Shown here in pieces: positions 1-8,976 of a stretch of DNA of 64,000 nucleotides. The stretch is taken from the NCBI GenBank assembly GCA_017626495.1, contig JAGAIP010000002.1, positions 32,722 through 96,721 on the forward strand, in the 5' to 3' direction. Positions within the stretch are counted from its first letter, which is position 1, and the number at the start of each line of letters is the position of its first letter. This stretch comes from Clostridia bacterium (lineage in GTDB: Bacteria; Bacillota; Clostridia; Christensenellales; Borkfalkiaceae). The notes beneath the pieces are model-generated. The model saw nothing but the letters and a program-made list of their open reading frames with translations, was not told where the DNA came from and did not search any database. The translations under genes and the position numbers were made by a program.

Positions 1-1995
1 GCATGCGGAAAGACGGTATCTTCTGAGCAGGAAAATGCGTCCCTCTTCATCTTTCAGCCGATAAAAACCATTCCGATTGCACTCTTTGCAGTTTTTATGA
101 AACGGACAATAGAGAAGATCCATGACTTTGACGCTGCCGACGCTCAACACGCTTCCGCCGACCTGCCTTTGCTCCGCATGATCGAGCTCCTTTGATACGA
201 CGAACGCATCGAAATTCGACGCCTGAATCCTGTTGGAAATATTCAGTCCCGTTCCCCCGATTACGGGCTTTCCCCAAAGCTTTGCGAGCCCGATTCCTTC
301 CAGTCCGTCCGTATAGACGAAATCGAACGGATCGATCGCTTCCGACAGAATGCGCACGTCGTCCGCATTCAGAAATCCCGGAACGTAAAGCGCGGTACGG
401 TCGGCGTGCGTTTTTGCAAACGCGAAAAAGCGTTCGTATTCCCGTTCGTCCGTATAATCGAACGGTTTGAATACGAGCGTTTCGACCTTTTCTTCAAAGG
501 AAAAGGTACTTCCGATGACGATCGTTCCCCCGATCGTCTCCCGTTTGGGGAAACGTACTTCCCGATAGGCGTAATCCGTGCGTTTTATAGCCGTCTCAAA
601 GTTAAAGATCTCCTCGAACACCTTTCTCCTGAACGCATTGAGTTCGGATCTCGGCATAAAACAATTTCCCGTAATCCGCACGTCCGCATTCACTTCGAAC
701 GGATAGAGATCGACCTTGGAAAACGATTGACGCACGTCCTCTTCCCTCATCGGGAGCTTTTGCGCCGAGAGCGTTTCTTTCTCTCCGTATACGGTCAAGT
801 CGCCATAGATCGCAACGGGTTTTTTTCCGACCTCGAAATAGAGGGAAAGCGAGACGACCCGTTTTCTCGACAAATCGTTCAAAGAAAACAGGTTCGCGTC
901 CGTGGTGATCGCAACGGTATCGCCCTCTTTGAGGGGAACGGGTGCGGAGAGCAAAATTCCGTCCTTTCTGTTTTCCGCAAACCTCGCGCCGCACACTTCC
1001 GTACCGCCGCGTATGATTTTATATGCGTCTCCCTCGTTTCCGCGCTCTTGCGTGCGACAGATATAGTTCCCTTTTTGAACGGAGACGGTTCCGATCGTCT
1101 CGCCGATATGCCCCTGAATTTTATCCGATATCAAGCGCTTATCCTGACCGAACGCAAGCCCTCTCGTGTAATTTCCACGATTGTACGCCCGTTTCAGATT
1201 GCTCAGATGAGTTTTGCTCTCCTTCCCGTCAAGCAAATCGCGATAATAATCGACCGCCGCCGCAACGTATTCGCTGCGCCGCATTCTCCCCTCGATCTTA
1301 AAGGAAGAAACGCCGACTTCGACGAGCTCCTCGATTTTTTCTCCCACGCAAAGATCGGCAAGAGAGAGAGGATACCCCGTATATTCCCTCGTCTGATCGA
1401 GATAGACGTATTTCTTTCTGCAAGGCTGTTTGCACCTTCCCCTGTTTCCGCTGTTGTTTCCTACGAATCCCGACAAATAACACTGCCCCGAATAACAGGT
1501 ACAGAGTGCTCCCTGCACGAATACTTCCGTTTCGAGAATCTTTGCAATCTCTCCGATCTCCTCGATCCTCGTTTCCCTCGCGAGAATGACGCGTGAAAAG
1601 CCGCACTCTTTTGCAAGTTTCGTCGCCTCAACGTTATTCACGCCCGCCTGCGTGGAGAGGTGCAGACAAATTTCAGGGTAGGTCTCGTGAATATACTTTC
1701 CGAGAAAAATGTCTTGCAAGATGATTGCGTCCGCTCCGATCGACCAAACGTTCAAAAGGGTGCGAAGAAACGATTCGACCTCGTTTTCTTTGACCATGGT
1801 ATTCATTGCGACGTAGACTTTCGCTCCGAAGAAATGCGCATAAGCGACGATCTCGCGAAGTTCGCTCTCTCCGAAATTGACAGCCCCGGCGCGCGCGGAA
1901 AAGGCGCTGTATCCGAGATAGACAGCGTCGGCTCCATGATTGACGGCGATCTTTGCCGTTTTCAAATCCCCTGCGGGCGCCAAAAGTTCTTTCAT
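1..1995 (-). CDS. U32 family peptidase (collagenase-like PrtC/YhbU type); C-terminal part runs off the window start
   Basis: Manual minus-strand translation from ATG at 1993-1995 gives an uninterrupted reading frame to position 1 (more than 660 aa). N-terminus reads MKELLAPAGDLKTAKIAVNHGADAVYLGYSAFSARAGAVNFGESELREIVAYAHFFGAKVYVAMNT..., with the U32 Cys-rich segment ALCTCYSGQCYLSGF. It is absent from the ORF track, presumably because it has no in-window stop. Confidence 0.7.
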   Translation of the reverse strand, partial: MKELLAPAGDLKTAKIAVNHGADAVYLGYSAFSARAGAVNFGESELREIVAYAHFFGAKVYVAMNTMVKENEVESFLRTLLNVWSIGADAIILQDIFLGKYIHETYPEICLHLSTQAGVNNVEATKLAKECGFSRVILARETRIEEIGEIAKILETEVFVQGALCTCYSGQCYLSGFVGNNSGNRGRCKQPCRKKYVYLDQTREYTGYPLSLADLCVGEKIEELVEVGVSSFKIEGRMRRSEYVAAAVDYYRDLLDGKESKTHLSNLKRAYNRGNYTRGLAFGQDKRLISDKIQGHIGETIGTVSVQKGNYICRTQERGNEGDAYKIIRGGTEVCGARFAENRKDGILLSAPVPLKEGDTVAITTDANLFSLNDLSRKRVVSLSLYFEVGKKPVAIYGDLTVYGEKETLSAQKLPMREEDVRQSFSKVDLYPFEVNADVRITGNCFMPRSELNAFRRKVFEEIFNFETAIKRTDYAYREVRFPKRETIGGTIVIGSTFSFEEKVETLVFKPFDYTDEREYERFFAFAKTHADRTALYVPGFLNADDVRILSEAIDPFDFVYTDGLEGIGLAKLWGKPVIGGTGLNISNRIQASNFDAFVVSKELDHAEQRQVGGSVLSVGSVKVMDLLYCPFHKNCKECNRNGFYRLKDEEGRIFLLRRYRLSAC

Positions 1996-2148
1996 AGCGT
2001 TTATTTTACCATAAATATGCCTTTATTGCAACAAATTATCCGTTTGCACGGATAATTTCCCGTCTCCATGCAATCTACATAAAATCCGTCGTTTTCGTTT
2101 TTGATTTTATCCCCTGCAAAAAGGTTGCCCTTACGGACAACCCTGCGT

Positions 2149-3075
2149 TTATCTGCCGATGGTTCTTGCAATGAGTTCCTGCGTTGCGTCGTAACCCATT
2201 TCTTTCAAACGGTGGTTTCTCGCGGCGACTTCGATGATGATGGCGAGGTTTCTGCCCGGTCTGACGGGAACGACGTACTTATCGACCTTCACGCCGAGAA
2301 TCTCCTCGGAGAGCGAATCGGTACCCAATCTGTCGTAATTATTATCCTCTTTCCAAGTTTCCATTTCAATGACGAGGTCGATCGATTTTTCGTTGAGGAT
2401 AGAACCCGAACCGTACATACTCTTGACGTTGATGATTCCGATACCGCGAATCTCCATAAAGTAACGGATCGCTTCGGGAGCCGTTCCGACGAGTTCGGAC
2501 GCAACCTTTTTCACGACTACGTTATCGTCCGCAACCAATCTGTGTCCGCGCTTAATCAGCTCCATCGCCGTTTCGCTTTTACCGACGCCGCTATTGCCCG
2601 TAAGGAGCACGCCTACGCCGAACACTTCCATAAGAACGCCGTGAATGGTCGTGGTCGGAGCAAGAAGCTTATTGAGATAAATGGTGAGGTCGGTGATGAC
2701 GGCGGTCGTCGCTTTTATGCTACGGAAAATCGGGCACTTGTTCTTTCTCGCCTGTTCGATGAGTTCCGGCATGAGCGGAAGCGCTCTGCAAACGATAATG
2801 CCCGGAATGTCGCCGAACGAAAAAAGCTTGGCGAGCCTCGCCTTTCTTTCCTTGATGGAAAAGCTTCTCAGATATTCGTATTCCGAAAGACCGATTACGA
2901 TGAGCCTTGCGGAATCGAAAAAGTTAAAAAATCCCGCAAGCTGCAGACCGGGACGGTATACGCTCATGCTGTTGATTGTGAGCATCCCCCTGCCTGCATA
3001 TAATATTTCCAAATGCAAGTCGTTGGCAAACTTTTCAAGCATCAGCGTTTCGCCGTTTATGTCTTTCATTCTCAT
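2149..3075 (-). CDS. hprK: HPr kinase/phosphorylase
   Basis: 308 aa with a P-loop GVLLTGNSGVGKSETAMELIKRGHRLVADD typical of HprK, and a conserved C-terminal domain. Confidence 0.9.
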   Translation of the reverse strand: MRMKDINGETLMLEKFANDLHLEILYAGRGMLTINSMSVYRPGLQLAGFFNFFDSARLIVIGLSEYEYLRSFSIKERKARLAKLFSFGDIPGIIVCRALPLMPELIEQARKNKCPIFRSIKATTAVITDLTIYLNKLLAPTTTIHGVLMEVFGVGVLLTGNSGVGKSETAMELIKRGHRLVADDNVVVKKVASELVGTAPEAIRYFMEIRGIGIINVKSMYGSGSILNEKSIDLVIEMETWKEDNNYDRLGTDSLSEEILGVKVDKYVVPVRPGRNLAIIIEVAARNHRLKEMGYDATQELIARTIGR

Positions 3076-3884
3076 CCCCCCAAACCGTATTTTCTGACGA
3101 TATGTCCTACGCAGTCCGCCTCGTTGGAATATTCCGAGACGAGATCAGCTCTTTCTTTCAATTCATCCGCCGCATTCGCCACGGCGACGCCCAGTCCCGC
3201 CGCTTCGAGCATAGTCGAATCGTTCAGGTTATCCCCGATTGCAATCGTTTTTTCCATGGGAATATTGTAATAATCCGCAAGAAATCTGACCGCCACACCT
3301 TTATTCACGCTGATAGGCGTAACTTCCACGAGGCTTGCCGCGCTGTAAGTCACGTAAAATCTATCGTCAAGCCCCTCGCACAGTTTTCGATATACGGCGA
3401 TTTTATCCTTCGAATCGACCATTGCGAGCACTTTGATGACGGGAAAAGACCGCTCTTCCAACAGGTTTGACAAATCGGAAACGATGCGCGCTTTTCCGTT
3501 TACCAAACGCTCGTAAGCATGGAGTTCTTCCGTATCGTAGTTCGCATAGAACGCGTCGTGCGTATACAGATGAATGCGATACCCCTCTTTTTCCATGAAA
3601 GAAACGACGCATTTCGCCTCTTCCTCGGTAAAGCTCTTTTGCATGAGCGTTTCGCCCGTCTCCATGTCCGTTATCACGCTGCCCTGAAAGGATACCGCGA
3701 GCCCGTTTAATCCGAGCCGGTTTGCGATTTCCAAGACAGAAGAAGTCATTCTCCCCGAACAGATGGCAAAAATGCCGCCCTGACGGCGAAACTCTTCGAT
3801 GGCGTCAAGCGTATACGCTCCGATCGAACCGTCGTCTCTTCTGAGCGTTCCGTCATAATCGGAAATAATCAGTCGATAATTCAT
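3072..3884 (-). CDS. HAD superfamily hydrolase, Cof-like (IIB) phosphatase
   Basis: N-terminal DxD motif (IISDYDGTL) and a C-terminal GDNLND motif. Overlaps hprK by 4 nt. Confidence 0.75.
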   Translation of the reverse strand: MNYRLIISDYDGTLRRDDGSIGAYTLDAIEEFRRQGGIFAICSGRMTSSVLEIANRLGLNGLAVSFQGSVITDMETGETLMQKSFTEEEAKCVVSFMEKEGYRIHLYTHDAFYANYDTEELHAYERLVNGKARIVSDLSNLLEERSFPVIKVLAMVDSKDKIAVYRKLCEGLDDRFYVTYSAASLVEVTPISVNKGVAVRFLADYYNIPMEKTIAIGDNLNDSTMLEAAGLGVAVANAADELKERADLVSEYSNEADCVGHIVRKYGLGG

Positions 3885-5689
3885 TCTTCCCGTTCCTTAA
3901 AATGTTGCTGTATGACGTTTGCGAGCGCATCGCCGATTCCCTCGACCTCTTTCAATTCGTCTACGGTGGCACGTTTGATCCTGTCAAGCGTCCCGAAATG
4001 CGCCATCAAAGCCATTCTCTTTTTCTTGCCAACCCCTTCGATCTCGCTCAAAACGGATTCGAGATTGCGCTTGGAATGCAGCGTTCTGAAATAGGTGATC
4101 GCAAAGCGATGCGACTCGTCTCTGATTCGTTGTAATAATCTGAGCGCATAATCTCTGCGTTCGATGATAACGGGTTGATCCTGAAAGGTTACAAAGACTT
4201 CTTCTTCCTGTTTTGCGAGAGAAATCAAGTCAATATCGTCGATTCCCATCTCATCGAAAATCTCCTTCACGGCGGAGAGCTGTCCTTTTCCTCCGTCGAT
4301 TACGATGAGGTCGGGTTTCATAAACCGCTCCTGCTCCTCCGTTCCGAGTTTGGAAAGTCTCCTTTCAAGCACTTCTTGAAGCGATGCGAAATCGTTCGCC
4401 CCCTCTACGGTCTTGATGCGGAATCTCCTGTATTCCGTTTTATCCGCCTCTCCGTCCGTAAAGACGACCATCGACCCCACCTTATCCACTCCGCTGATGT
4501 TGGAAATATCGTAACATTCCATGCGCTTGGGATAGCGTTTGAGCCGCAACAGCTCCTGCAAATGACGGCAGGCGTTTTGCGTCATATCGTCTTTATGTTT
4601 GATTTTTTCGATGGCTTTGGTGAGATAATCCTCCGCATTCTTTCTCGCCATATCGAGAAGCTGCTTTTTCACGCCTTGGCTCGGCACCGTAATGTCGATG
4701 CTCTTTTTTTGTCCTTCAAAAAAGCATTTCAAAAGGTCGGTTTCGCAATACGATTCGGTGATGATCTCCTCGGGCGCTTCGTGATGCGCATAATACTGCA
4801 AGAGAAATGCAGACAGCGCGTCCTCTTCATTCATGACGGCGTCTTCGAGCGCATAATTCATACCGCCCTGCATGATTCCGCTCCTTACGAGCAACACGTT
4901 GACGGCGGAATAGAGCCCGTTCGTGCGATAACTGATAATATCCGCATTGATGTCGCGGTTGATAGACGTAATTCTTTTGAGTTTCAGCTTCGAGAGCATG
5001 GCGAGTTTGTCTCTGCAAGACATGGCAAGCTCGAACTCTTCGTGTTCCGCATAGAACGCCATTTTTTCCTGCAACAGTTCTTCTACTTCCCGATAATCTC
5101 CGCCGAGGAATTCCATCGCCCTCTTCACGTTGAGCGCGTATACCTCGGGCTCGATCAATCTCGCGCAGGGCGCAGGGCAACGGTGGATATGATAAGCGAG
5201 ACAAGGTTTTTTCGGTTCCCTCGTAATGCTCGTCTGACAGGTTCGCACGTTGTACGCCATGGACACGATTTCCAGAAGGTCTTTACAGCTGATTCCCCCC
5301 ATAAAAGGGCCGAAATACTTTCCGTCTTTGGATATCTTTCTCGTAATGACGAAGTGGGGAAATTCTTCTTTGGTATAAACTTTGATGTACGGATACGTCT
5401 TATCGTCTTTCAGAAGAATGTTGTATTTCGGTTTATATTTCTTGATGAGATTGTTTTCAAGCGCGAGCGCGTCGATTTCCGTCTTGGTGATGATATAATA
5501 AAAATCGGCAATGTTCGCAACCATCGCCATGACTTTTTCTTGTTTCGGCGACGAGTGAAAATACTGTCTGACTCTGTTTTTCAGGACTTTTGCCTTACCG
5601 ACGTAGATGACGATTCCCTCCGCATCCAGCATGATATACACGCCGGGACTGTCGGGCAATAATTTCAGTTTCTCCTGAATCACACTCAT
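3881..5689 (-). CDS. uvrC: excinuclease ABC subunit C
   Basis: GIY-YIG N-terminus (LPDSPGVYIMLDAEGIVIYVGKAKVLKNR) and a C-terminal HhH region. The track ORF extends to 5707; the likely start is MSVIQEKLK. Confidence 0.9.
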   Translation of the reverse strand: MSVIQEKLKLLPDSPGVYIMLDAEGIVIYVGKAKVLKNRVRQYFHSSPKQEKVMAMVANIADFYYIITKTEIDALALENNLIKKYKPKYNILLKDDKTYPYIKVYTKEEFPHFVITRKISKDGKYFGPFMGGISCKDLLEIVSMAYNVRTCQTSITREPKKPCLAYHIHRCPAPCARLIEPEVYALNVKRAMEFLGGDYREVEELLQEKMAFYAEHEEFELAMSCRDKLAMLSKLKLKRITSINRDINADIISYRTNGLYSAVNVLLVRSGIMQGGMNYALEDAVMNEEDALSAFLLQYYAHHEAPEEIITESYCETDLLKCFFEGQKKSIDITVPSQGVKKQLLDMARKNAEDYLTKAIEKIKHKDDMTQNACRHLQELLRLKRYPKRMECYDISNISGVDKVGSMVVFTDGEADKTEYRRFRIKTVEGANDFASLQEVLERRLSKLGTEEQERFMKPDLIVIDGGKGQLSAVKEIFDEMGIDDIDLISLAKQEEEVFVTFQDQPVIIERRDYALRLLQRIRDESHRFAITYFRTLHSKRNLESVLSEIEGVGKKKRMALMAHFGTLDRIKRATVDELKEVEGIGDALANVIQQHFKEREE

Positions 5690-5857
5690 ATGAAAACAGT
5701 ATAGCATAGTTTTTTTCTTTTTTCAATAGGCAAACAAAAATTTAACGCTGATTTTCGCTTTTTACGCAAAAACAGCTCAAAATCTGAGCTGTTTATACAG
5801 AGGTCGATTGTTTCAGCATAAAAAAAGACAACCACGTTATCTTGTGATTGTCTTTTC

Positions 5858-5931
5858 TGGCAGGGGAGACGCGATTCGAACACGCAACCTACGGTTTTGG
5901 AGACCGCTACTCTACCGTTGAGCCACTCCCC
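5858..5931 (-). tRNA. tRNA-Trp (anticodon CCA)
   Basis: The reverse complement folds as a 74-nt cloverleaf, GGGGAGTGGCTCAACGGTAGAGTAGCGGTCTCCAAAACCGTAGGTTGCGTGTTCGAATCGCGTCTCCCCTGCCA. The anticodon loop is CTCCAAA and the 3' CCA is encoded. Confidence 0.85.
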
Positions 5932-5944
5932 TAATTGCTTGAAC

Positions 5945-5973
5945 ATTATAATGCAAATCAGAGGGAATGTCAA
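5945..5973 (-). promoter_or_regulatory. sigma-A type promoter for tRNA-Trp (TTGACA-N17-TATAAT)
   Basis: On the minus strand: TTGACATTCCCTCTGATTTGCATTATAAT, ending about 11 nt before the tRNA 5' end. Confidence 0.5.
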
Positions 5974-6121
5974 ATCTTTTTGCTATCCTTTTTTCATTTT
6001 TTCGACTAACTTTTCCAGTTATTATCCTGGAAAACGACTCTGCCGTCGATCATTACGATGCGCACCGGCTTCCTGTCTTGTCCGAAAAAGACTTTATTCA
6101 CTTTCTTTCCGTTATAGTATA

Positions 6122-7531
6122 TCACGTTCCGCTCCCCGTAATAATTAAGTTTCCGCTCGTTGCGTCATACGACATGATAAAATTTGCGTCTCTGCCCGGA
6201 TCCCCTTTCTCACCCTTGTCGCCCTTGTCACCGGGAACGCCCTTATCCCCTTTATCGCCGGGAATGCCTTTGTCTCCTTTATCCCCTTTATCGCCCGTAA
6301 GACCTTTATCTCCCTTGTCGCCCTTATCGCCCTTGTCCCCCTTATCGCCGGGGACGCCTTGGTCGCCTTTATCTCCTTTGTCTCCCTTTTCTCCTCGTTC
6401 CCCGACTACGGAAACAAAGGTTTCTCCGAAAAAAATCTCCACGCAAGTACATCCGTCGAGGAATAAATGCAGACAATCGGCGAACTGTCGGGGCGATTCG
6501 TAGACCGCCATGGCGAGCACGTCGTCGCTGACGGATGCAGGAATCACGATGCGCGTTACCGCCGTAAAATCGCTTGCGGAAAACACCATGATCTCATTTC
6601 CGATCGCGGCGAAAAGCTTGTTCTCCGCATAGGCGATCGCACTCGGATCATACGGGAAATCGTATCTCGCTTCAAGTACGAGCGATCCGCTTACATATCG
6701 TTCCAAGAGAATACTGCCTCCCCCGACGCAAAAGAATTTATCCTCGCCGTAACAGACTTTCCCTGTCGGAAAGGTGAGCGTACCGACGGATGCGGCGTCG
6801 CAGACGAACGTTCCGTCCGTTTCGTTCATGATACAAAAATAAGAATCGTCGATCGGAAAAGCATACGTTCCGCCCGCGTTTATTTCGCCGATGACAGTGC
6901 CGTCCTGTCTCAAACGAACCGTCTTGTCGGCGAAAAGCTGTAAAATCTCCCCGTTCCAAAATCCCCCTCCGCAAACGGAATTTTTCGTAAGGTAGGGAAC
7001 GAAAGAACAGTAGTGCTTTTGGGAATGCAGAAAAAGCGCCTCGCCGTAATACGGATAGCGAACCTCTCTATCCCCCGAAACGAGCGTGTCCAACTGCATT
7101 TCAAGCGCGTTCAGCTTTCCGCAATAACCGCGCACTTCGCTTGCGATGCCTGCCCACGTCTTTTCGTCCTCCTCATCGTTTCCCGCGATGCTCTCCTGCA
7201 CTTCGAGATAGAAGTTTGCACTCGTGAGCGACTGCTCCCCCTCCAACAGGGTAACGTCGCAAGTGACGATTCCCACCTGACGAAACGCCCAGGACGGAAG
7301 CTCCGTTTCGATGACGCCGTTCTCCACCTCGACGGAAAAGGAATGGCGTTTTCCGTCGGGGCGTTTCATATTCAGAAATGCGGTTACGTTTCCGATCGGA
7401 AACGGCTCGTCCTCTTCCGTCAAGAGAATGCGAAGCTCCCTCGTCGCGTTGTCCTGTTGTTTGGCAAGGAGCAACTTTCTGTGATTGCTCTTTGCTACGT
7501 CCACTTTGATTTCTCTCTTTGTTTTGATCAT
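6122..7531 (-). CDS. phage BppU-like (baseplate upper protein N-domain) protein with a C-terminal collagen-like G-X-Y repeat
   Basis: N-terminus MIKTKREIKVDVAKSNHRKLLLAKQQDNATRELRILLTEED matches the BppU_N pattern (K..I.VD....AKQ.D..SR.L.L). The C-terminus has about 30 GDKGDKG triplets. Confidence 0.6.
   Translation of the reverse strand: MIKTKREIKVDVAKSNHRKLLLAKQQDNATRELRILLTEEDEPFPIGNVTAFLNMKRPDGKRHSFSVEVENGVIETELPSWAFRQVGIVTCDVTLLEGEQSLTSANFYLEVQESIAGNDEEDEKTWAGIASEVRGYCGKLNALEMQLDTLVSGDREVRYPYYGEALFLHSQKHYCSFVPYLTKNSVCGGGFWNGEILQLFADKTVRLRQDGTVIGEINAGGTYAFPIDDSYFCIMNETDGTFVCDAASVGTLTFPTGKVCYGEDKFFCVGGGSILLERYVSGSLVLEARYDFPYDPSAIAYAENKLFAAIGNEIMVFSASDFTAVTRIVIPASVSDDVLAMAVYESPRQFADCLHLFLDGCTCVEIFFGETFVSVVGERGEKGDKGDKGDQGVPGDKGDKGDKGDKGDKGLTGDKGDKGDKGIPGDKGDKGVPGDKGDKGEKGDPGRDANFIMSYDATSGNLIITGSGT
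6180..6420 (-). repeat. tandem 9-bp/18-bp repeats encoding the collagen-like Gly-Asp-Lys triplets
   Basis: The plus strand shows reiterated cccttgtcgcccttatc... units. It is a coding repeat, not a CRISPR array (no spacers, unit too short). Confidence 0.8.
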
Positions 7532-7594
7532 GTTCTTCTCCTTTTTTCGCTTTCATTATAGTAAAAAAAGGGAGAAAACCCCTTTTCAGTGACA

Positions 7595-7621
7595 AAAAAG
7601 CGCCCATTCGGGCGCTTTTCA
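7595..7621 (-). terminator. rho-independent terminator downstream of the acyltransferase gene
   Basis: AAAAGCGCCCATTCGGGCGCTTTT hairpin with flanking T/A runs; could act in both directions. Confidence 0.5.
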
Positions 7622-7626
7622 TTGAA

Positions 7627-8880
7627 TCAGGTTTCTTCTCGGAAAGAATAATGTTTCGGATAGGTGCGGACGGAAACGCCGTTATGCATCTCGTAGAAAA
7701 TCTTGATGAGGTGAACGAATTTCTGTACGAATTTCCCCTCTTTGAGCGAACAACGGTATATTTCATCTCCGTCTTGGAGCTCGATGTGCCTGCCCGGTGA
7801 ATTTGGAAGAGCCGGAATCGTATGCGTAGGGATATGCAGGTGTTTTTCTTCCCCGTATATCCTTCCGTCGAGGCGAAATCCTTCCATCGAGAGGGAAAGA
7901 ACGCCCTCGCCGACCGTTTGAAACTTATGCGTGGAAATATCGACCTTGCGAACGAGCGTTTCCGCAGAGAAACAATAGGTGTTGTCAGCGCGCACTTTCT
8001 GACGGAGACTGTCGTAGATCTCGGAATCCCAAACGGAAACGTGACGAATCTCCCGTCCGTTCTTTGCATGCAAGAATCCGTATTTATCCGCCGTCTGCTC
8101 GTATCCGCACGCTCTGCAACAGAGGGTATCCTCTCGCTTTCCCTTTACGTCAATCGTAAATTCGCTCTTACAATTCGGACAGGCGTAAACTACGTTTTGC
8201 AGTCCCTGCACGTTGTTGCCCTTTTTGTATTTGACGAGCAATCTTTCCTGCTCCTCATAGGCGTCAAATAAAATCGCGTCATCGACCTGCGATTTGATTT
8301 CGCTCTCCTTCATTCCCTTTAAGGTTTCGCTATCGAAGAGCTTATAGACGTCGAGCAACGTTCTGCCTCTGCGGATTCCCTTCGCCCATTTCGGCATGGC
8401 AAAGTACGTTCCGTATACCCTCGCCACGTAAACGTCGACGCCGAGCCATTGCAGAAATTTGTAAGTCGCCTGCGGAATGGGTGTGGAAAGTCCGTTTTCG
8501 GTCATGAGCCCTGCCGGATAGAGAATGAGCTGATGTCCGCTGTCAACGACCGCTTTCAGTTTTTTCATGTCTGCAATCTTTGTTTGAAACTGATGCTTTT
8601 CAATGACGCCGAGCTTCTTGACAAAGCTGTAAATGGGAAGCGAATCCAACATAGACTTGCTCATGACGAGGGTGTGCTTGTTGCGATTGATTGAAAACGT
8701 GAAGATACCGTCAAGCATACATTCGTGATTGCAGATGACGACGTAAGGTCCCTTCACGCCTTTGAGTTCGTTGCGGAGATACTTTCTCTTAAACATCGTT
8801 TTGACCGCTGCGGTCGTAACGGTTTTTGCGATAAAATAGGAGAGACCGTTCGGTTTTACATAATTGACAGAATGGCTCAT
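7627..8880 (-). CDS. lysophospholipid (1-acyl-glycerol-3-phosphate) acyltransferase family protein with a C-terminal zinc-ribbon extension
   Basis: NHECMLDG (HX4D acyltransferase motif), YPAGL motif, and CPNCK...CCRACG near the C-terminus. Confidence 0.7.
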   Translation of the reverse strand: MSHSVNYVKPNGLSYFIAKTVTTAAVKTMFKRKYLRNELKGVKGPYVVICNHECMLDGIFTFSINRNKHTLVMSKSMLDSLPIYSFVKKLGVIEKHQFQTKIADMKKLKAVVDSGHQLILYPAGLMTENGLSTPIPQATYKFLQWLGVDVYVARVYGTYFAMPKWAKGIRRGRTLLDVYKLFDSETLKGMKESEIKSQVDDAILFDAYEEQERLLVKYKKGNNVQGLQNVVYACPNCKSEFTIDVKGKREDTLCCRACGYEQTADKYGFLHAKNGREIRHVSVWDSEIYDSLRQKVRADNTYCFSAETLVRKVDISTHKFQTVGEGVLSLSMEGFRLDGRIYGEEKHLHIPTHTIPALPNSPGRHIELQDGDEIYRCSLKEGKFVQKFVHLIKIFYEMHNGVSVRTYPKHYSFREET

Positions 8881-8929
8881 TCTTTCCTCTTTTGTGTATT
8901 TTCTATACTATATCACAATTTTTTCCGTT

Positions 8930-8968
8930 TGAAAATAGAAAAAGTCAGATATTTTTGGATATCTGACT
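8930..8968 (-). terminator. rho-independent terminator after purB
   Basis: Perfect 10-bp stem AGTCAGATAT-TTTTGG-ATATCTGACT followed by a T-run on the minus strand. Confidence 0.55.
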
Positions 8969-8976
8969 AAATATTT

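Noticed and set aside
406-1596. Long plus-strand ORFs (e.g. 406..1596, 4175..5662, 11540..12823, 18558..20705, 25556..28621, 43909..47739, 30135..31265, 32182..33642, 54899..56902)
   Set aside because: Arg-rich, low-complexity translations lying antisense to well-supported minus-strand genes. These are typical shadow ORFs in a GC-rich genome.
5858-5931. tRNA-Trp as attB of an integrated prophage explaining the adjacent BppU-like gene
   Set aside because: The phage-like gene lies on the 5' side of the tRNA, whereas tRNA-targeting integrases insert at the 3' end. No integrase or other phage genes flank it. It is kept only as an orphan remnant hypothesis.
6180-6420. Short tandem repeats that could be mistaken for a CRISPR array or a non-coding VNTR
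   Set aside because: They are in frame inside a long ORF and encode a collagen-like G-X-Y repeat. The unit is 9 bp with no spacers.
5967-6503. Plus-strand ORF encoding SPLSPLSP... repeats
   Set aside because: It is the antisense reading of the collagen-like repeat of the minus-strand gene 6122..7531.
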